Source: Cladosporium halotolerans
Taxonomy: Eukaryota
NCBI RefSeq assembly: GCF_011745625.1
Contig: NW_027191453.1
Location: forward strand, 992,001 to 1,056,000
Length of the DNA stretch: 64,000 nucleotides
Direction: 5' to 3'
Both the position numbers and the translations under genes were made by a program. Numbering within the stretch: position 1 is the stretch's first letter; each line of letters starts with the position of its first letter. Shown one piece after another: positions 57,560-64,000 of this stretch. The notes below the pieces were generated by a model, which saw only the letters and a list, made by a program, of their open reading frames with translations, was not told where the DNA came from and searched no databases.

Positions 57560-57714
57560 TCTTGTCGCCTTCCAAGAATTGACAAGTTAGCGTGGAACGT
57601 GTATCGTAGCTAAGCAGAATGATAATATGAAAAGCTTGCTGCATTTGAGGCTCAACAAGAATGAATTCTCCGTCACGACGTCCTAACATCATTTCATATA
57701 TGCCACGACATGCT

Positions 57715-59290
57715 TCAAATATCGATCTCACCATTGCACATGCCCTCGATGTCCTCAAGCTTGCTGCTCACAGTGGTTAAGTTCTCGCAGCCATTTTCCT
57801 TAACCACAATATCGTCCTCGATCCTAACACCACCGACGCTCCAGTAGCGGTCCAACACGCTCTCGTCAATGACATCCTTCCACACGCCGTCTTTGAGCTC
57901 CTGGCGCAGCGGGAACTCTCTGAAATAAATACCAGGCTCGTTGGTAATGACTGCATTGACAGGCAGCTTCCCACGCACACGCAGGTACGACAAGTACGGG
58001 TTCGGATCAGCATAGTCAGCATTTCCTCCGCAGTCATGCGTGTCCATTCCCAGATAGTGTCCGAGGCCGTGCGGGAAGAAGCGTGTTGTGACCTTGCTGT
58101 CGAGGATCTGCTCGACGGACAGGCTCTGCTTGAAAATACCGAGCTCGCGCAGACCCGCGGCGGCGATGCTGTGCGCGCGCATGTGCACGTCCTCCCACAT
58201 GACACCGGCCTTGATCATGCCCATGCACTCTGTCTGCATCTTCAATACCAGCTCGTAGACCTCGCGGCTCTCCTTGGTGAAGCGGCCGTTGAGCGGGAAG
58301 GTACGGGTGATGTCGGCGCAGTAGCAGTTGTATTCGGAGCCCGCGTCGAGCAGCATGTTAAGCTTCTGGTCGAGCGGCAGGTCGTTGTGGACGTAGTGCA
58401 GGGTGCTGGCGTTGGTGCCTGCGGCGCAGATGCAGCCGTAGGCCATCTCCTTGCAACCGTTGGCGTGGCAGTGCATGACAAAAACGGCGTTGAGCTCCCG
58501 CTCATTGGACGCGGCGTGGACGGAGGCTTGGACTTGCTTGTGTGCGTAGGAAGAGACGATGTTGGCGTGGCGAATCATGGCGATTTCGTGCTCGTCCTTG
58601 ACCACGCGGCACTGCTCGATGGCACGGCGGGCCCATTCGAAGTCGACGTTGGGCTGCAGGTGCTTGACGCTATCGGTGTGAAAGATGGTGAGGTCTGAGC
58701 GGTCTTTGATCACCATGAGGGTCTCGTCCGTCTTCTTGAGCATTTCTTGAACGGATTTTCCAGACTTGAGCTCATCAGTCGTGAGTGCATGGTCGATGTC
58801 GTATTTCTCCAGCGCTTCCTTGGGGAGCAGCGGCATGCCAGCCCACATCACATACTCAGGGTCGACCGGAGGGATCCAGAGAGTAGACTTGTCAGAGGCG
58901 ATATCGTAGGCAAAGCTACAATCTGGAAGCTCGCACCCGGTGAGGTAGTAAAAGTGACGGCGTTGTCTGGCAAGTCACCGTCAGTACCAACAATCTCTTA
59001 TCTTAGTTGTACGAAAATCTCGACTACGTTCAAACGACGATGAACGTACCTGAAATGCGCTTCCGTGTCGTCATCCTACACTCTCAATCAGTACATTTCG
59101 GAGGGCCATCAAACTAATGTAAAAGGAATACCTCATTCTCCTTCAGCGCCTGTCCCTCGAGATAGATAACGCCGCTCTTAGGCCCGCCGTTCTGAGCGAG
59201 CCATTCCGCAACGCGACGGCAATGCGCTTTGGCAGGGTATTTACCAGCAGGCGGCGCAGGCAAGTTGGGGTTCGCAATCTGTTTGGCCAT
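57715..59290 (-). CDS. pepP: Xaa-Pro aminopeptidase/prolidase (peptidase M24B)
   Basis: KYPAKAHCRRV, FR|QRRHFYYLTG, DAGSEYNCYCADITRTFP, PHGLGHYLGMDTHD, NEPGIYF and GGVRIEDD. Introns at 59076-59131 and 58967-59049. Confidence 0.92.
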
Positions 59291-59714
59291 TTTACAAAAT
59301 TATCGAACGTTACGTCGTCTGTCGTGCCTTGCTATTGCAGTCTCGAAGTTCAAAGAGTCAGTGTGCGGTTCCGAGCCGCGGCTAAGCGCGCTGAGGTATG
59401 GAGCATCGTCTGATGGAACGACGAGATGTAACCATACTTTATAAGCCGCTCTCAGGAACTTGAGCCGCACTTCAAATTGATGGATTGATCTTTCAGTATG
59501 GATACTGTACGGTGGTATCTTGGATTATCTCGTTGGTATTTACACATGTTGGAAAGCCCCGAGCTAAATATCATGCTTTACAAAAACCCGGCCATGGAAC
59601 GCCGGTGCCGTATCCTGAACGCCTTTGCATGCAACTACGTGAACCGTGATATGCTCTGTAGCGAGCCTTGAAGGCAAGTTTGCCGCAGAGAGGAAGGCGC
59701 CACACGTCAAACGC

Positions 59715-60737
59715 TTAGTCCTTCCAGCGGTTCATGAATCTCCTCATGTCGCCATCCGGGCCGGGAAGAGGAGAAGCCTGTCAATGGGTCAACAAGTGTT
59801 CAGAGCTTTTTTGCGATACTTCTGATACTTACAGTGTTCTCCATGCTGTCAGCGCTGAAAGTCTGGGAAGCAGTCTCGGTCTTCGTGACAGACGGAGTCG
59901 GCAAGAAGGTGGTGGCGACCTTGTAGGCGCTGGTCGGGTACAGCGGCTTGGTCTCCTTCTTGGTGATCTTGGTCGGCGGTACAGACTGCATTGGCGCATA
60001 CCTCATCAGGCCGGTCTGCGACGCGAGCGGAATGCCAGAGTTAGGGTTGGCAGCGTTGGCGGGAGAGCCTGCATCTGCGTTGTTCGCGGTCTGGTCCTGG
60101 TTCTCAGGCACAGCAGTGCCAGCGTTTTTGGCGGCGGTAACGTATTGTGGAGCAGTCGTTCCGGTCATGCCAGAGAGCGAGAAGCGTTTTGAGTATGTGA
60201 TCACTTGACCGCCCTCAGTCGCGACCGACATCATCTTGAAGTAGCTGTGCGAATGATCAGTATGGGCGAGATCCAGCCTTCGGTGAAAGTAAAGGAGATA
60301 CTCACAAACCATTTTGAACCTCATCAGCCATGGTAGAGGAGATCGTAAACTTGGTTGAAGTCGCACTGCCAAACGCAGTCGACTCGCCAGCGGTGATGGG
60401 CAGCTAGACGCGAGCTGGTCAGCAGCACATTCTACACCATGAGACCGCCAAATTTTTCTTTTAGAACCCTTGTACCACCCACGCGACATCCTCCCTCCCT
60501 CCTCTTGCAGGCATGACTTACCGAGTCCGTGTCCGTGTTACCGCCGACGATCAATTGCAGCGTGAAGGACTTCAGCTCTGAGATCTTAGGCGCCTCTCCA
60601 TCATCCTTCCATTCCACAGTGACCGAGCCAGAAGTGCCAGAAATCGGATTCGAGGAGCCAGCTGCTGGTGAAGTGATCTGGGGCATAGCGAAAGCGCCAG
60701 CCGCGAAGGCGGCCGCGATGAGCGTTGAGCGGACCAT
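59715..60737 (-). CDS. KRE9: Kre9/Knh1 beta-1,6-glucan synthesis glycoprotein
   Basis: Signal peptide, YSKRFSLSGMTG, QTGLMRYAPMQSVPPTKIT, SMENT|ASPLP and terminal RFMNRWKD*. Introns at 60404-60521, 60245-60305 and 59778-59832. Confidence 0.9.
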
Positions 60738-61316
60738 GGCTAGGGGTTGTAGGTGCGCGCGTGGGCGCTGAGGACGTGGCGTCTGGCGATGGTAATGCGA
60801 CTAGGCGCGAGCGAGTGTGGGAGTGCGGTCAGGGTCGTTTGTCGTGTGTTTGCTGATTTGGGGTGGTTGGCGGGCAGGTGGGCAGCGTGTTGTGAAGGTG
60901 GTCCAGGCGCATGAATCCACGCAATCGCCCTGGGGAGGCGATTCCTTGGCCCGCTGAGCCCGCTGGAGACCCGCTGAATTGGGCCTCCAAGACTCTCTAG
61001 TGCGCGAAAGGGTCTTGCGCGATGCATAAATAGCTACGCTAGACTTGACCTAAATGTATGGGTATGGAAGGCTAGAATGCGAGCTTGGTATTGCTTCATC
61101 ACTAGGTATCGGTCTTTTTTCGCGTCGATGGCACTTTGAATCGCTGAGCAATTGCTGAACATCCTTCAGGCACGGCCCCGCACGCTCAGATTCCTTGGAT
61201 GGACATCGGAGATTATGACCGTGAGAACCACAATTGAACGGATGACTGGTATTACTCATGTGCTTATTACTTCGCGAATATGCGATTCGATCCACTTTTC
61301 TCCTAGTGCAATCGCT

Positions 61317-63753
61317 CTACAAGCTTAGTAAATCGCCCTCGCCTTCTCCAAGCCCATCCCTGCCATCATTGACCTGGCGCATTGGTTGAATAGTTCCCAA
61401 TGGCTGGTTCGCATTCACTGTGTAGCTGTTAGGGTTGGGGCTTGCAAACCCATCATCGTTTAACCTCAAAGCAGCCATCTGCTGCGGCCCGCCGACCGAA
61501 GCAAAGTATGCATCGGCCTCGCTGAGAACGTCACCGTTGTGAGCGCCTGCACCCGCCGCACCAGGAACCGCTGCGATGCCGTCGACCACGCCGTTTTGGG
61601 CCGAGAAAGCTTTCGCGTGCTGGGCCGCCTGCCAGGATGGCAACTGCTCCTTCTGCAGAGCTGGGCTTTCCTGCAGTTTCCGTGGTCGCGCCGAACGGAA
61701 GACGGTGTGGACGGGCTTGAGGTAGACGGTCGCGAGAGTGCCGACAACGAGACACATCTCTTCGAGCGTAAGGGGATCCAGTTTCTCCGACTCTGCAGTG
61801 ATAGGTGGTTTCTCCCCCATGACCACCTGCTTCGCCGCCGTAGGGTTCGAAGACAAGAGTCGCCAGTACATGTAGCCTCTGTCGCGCAGGTCAGGGTTAT
61901 CGGTGTCTTCGGTGGCCCACTTAAGGACCTTGGGAACCAGCTCTGAGCCCTTCGTCGGTCGCTGGATGAAAAGCTTGACTGTTGCCGTGAGTAGGGCAAG
62001 CTGAACATCATGAGTCTCATCTTGCCACGTGTCGAGGAAGTCCTCCAGCAAGACCTCAGAATTGTCGATGCGATCCGCATACTGCCCGATGACCCAAATC
62101 ATGGCGGCCTTGGCTTCAGGTTCGTCCAGAGAGTCAAGGTTCTCGCATAGCGTTGAAATGATGCTCTCGTACTGGTTCGGGTATTTGCGGAAAATGTTTT
62201 TGATCACAACCGTCGCCTCTTGCACAATGTAGCTGACTTTCGTCGCTACAAGCTCGAGCAGGGTCGTAATGCAGAGCTTCGCTGCCGGCTCAATCTTGAT
62301 AGCCAGCTTACCGATCGCACGCACAGATTTCCGGACGAAGTGTACGTCAATTTCTGTGGCGTACTCTCGCAGTTCTGCCAGGACCTCTTTAATGTTGTTG
62401 GCCGTCGCGAGCATGAAGATGAGTTCCAGCTTTGTCACTTTGACGTAAATTGGATCGTTGTACTTGCAAAAGAAGACTCGGATATCATTCTTCAGCACTT
62501 CGGGTCTCCTCTGTAAGATGAGAAGAGCGTTGCGCAAAGCCAGGTACTGAATCTCTGGGCCCTTGGACAACAGAGTCACCAATGGCGGCGAAAGCTTTGC
62601 GCAAAGGCCACTGATCGTCTTTTCGCTGTCGATGTAATTCATGAGGTATAGGACCACGCGTATGCAGGTGAGCACCACAGCGCTGTTTGTGTGCGATAAC
62701 CGCGGCGTGATGCGCTCGGCGAGGAATGCTGCTTCGGACGTGTCGTGAGGTACGTAGGATGTCAATGCTTCCAGAATGTAGGTTTGGCCCCATCTGTACT
62801 AAGTTAGAATGATCATGATACCATTCTCTCGCTAACGAGGCCAACTTACTCTGAACAATCCGGAAGAATCTGTACAATCTTGCTTGCGCTGGTGTAATCG
62901 ATAGTGAGTTTGATGGTCTCGCTTCGTTCCCAGATATCCATTAACGCAGCAAGTGCGCTGCTGACGACGGTGGGGTTCTCGTCTCTCAACATCAAGTTCA
63001 GTCTATCGATAAGATCGCTCGCTTCGACCATCGTTCGGTCATGATCGTACAGCTTCGCGACAGTGAAGGCCGCAGTTTTCCTCACGTAGGGATCAGAGTC
63101 CTTGAGTAGCTTCTTGAGCGGAACAACTGTTGCCTCGACGAACTGACGGACGTGAATGTATGATATTGTTCGAAGCGCAAGTGCACGAGTCAGCGGGTTG
63201 GAGTCGAGAAGGTCCTGTTGCAGAGTTGGCAGCGCTTTGAGAGCGAGATCAGGCTTCATCCGCGCATAATTGACGAGATACAGGTAGCACCTGGAACGTT
63301 GGCTCGTTAGCGAACAAAATTTCCCAGCCAACATTCGAGCTACATGGATTTCTCAATCGAACCAAGAAAGAGCAATGTTCACTCACATCTTCTTGATCTC
63401 AACGCTCTCAATCTCCATGCACCCGATGATATCGGGAAACAGCGCAACCATATCATTGTTGCTCATGGTCATATTCGCAACTATCTTCTTCAGCGCAATC
63501 TTCTTCCCCAGAAACGTCTTGTCCTTCTTTGTAGCCGGTTGGATGAGCTCCGCGCGCAGCTCCGCGACTTTGCCCTGTTGTGCGCGAGTCCATAGTAAGC
63601 TTCTGTACGCGAGAGGGGCAGACGGTGCATAGGCGTGAACGGAGTATTCGTATGCTATGTGCGGTAGGAACATCCCGGCATGGATAGATTGGACGGGTGC
63701 ATGTGTGGACGTACTCTTGCGAAGAGCTTCGCATCCTGCCCGGAAGAGCTCAT
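61317..63753 (-). CDS. APL1: AP-2 adaptor complex beta subunit
   Basis: MSSSGQDAKLFAR|GKVAELRAEL...KKIALKKIVANMTMSNNDM, DPYVRKTAA, FFCKYNDPIYVKVTKLE and DNPDLRDRGYMYWRLLS. Introns at 63575-63714, 63291-63386 and 62794-62849. Confidence 0.93.
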
Positions 63754-64000
63754 GGTGCCTGTGTATATTCTTTCGCCCTACGGTCCCACCACCAGCTCAT
63801 GCGGCTGCCGCCGCACTGATATGGCTTCACGCCCTTGGCTCCCCCTGTTGTCCAATGAGCGGCGGGGGTAGTGGGCGTAGATTGCGGGTGGGATCTCGTG
63901 ATGCGTCGGTGCGGGGATAGGAGGGGAGTGGCGGTCTTGGTGGGCTGGAGGGAATGTGAAATATATGTTCCGGCGAGGATCGCAAATGTGTACGGTTCGG

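Noticed and set aside
1..64000. CRISPR arrays, rRNA, transposons, prokaryotic operons
   Set aside because: Eukaryotic intron-containing DNA; I saw no repeat-spacer arrays, rRNA motifs, transposase/RT motifs or RIP-like AT-rich blocks.

Overview
Gene-dense, GC-rich eukaryotic DNA from a filamentous ascomycete. Short GT-AG introns with CTRAY branch sites and the protein content suggest Dothideomycetes, which is inference. I could reconstruct about 23 protein-coding genes by hand: NPP1, a DevR/Esc1-type bHLH factor, YEA4, LRG1, RPB4, RIM15, a MATE-like transporter, PPT2, ATP19, MTFP1, RTR1, BBC1, an Ndt80-family factor, an SDR, SRP102, an 8-exon alpha/beta hydrolase, SSADH, a prolidase, KRE9, AP-2 beta and others. 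There is also one intron-containing tRNA-Gln(CTG). I saw no transposon, CRISPR array or secondary-metabolite backbone gene. The most notable items are not visible in the ORF track. (1) A 4-exon secreted Kex2-processed repeat precursor (34099-34593) predicted to release three ~24-aa Gln-initiated peptides. (2) A ~600-nt rod-like structured RNA candidate with a branched head (12630-13230), back-to-back with the tRNA, matching no ncRNA class I recognise. (3) An obligatory 4-nt micro-exon in a hydrolase gene that is divergently paired with SSADH. All exon structures and base-pairings were derived by eye and have not been checked computationally.
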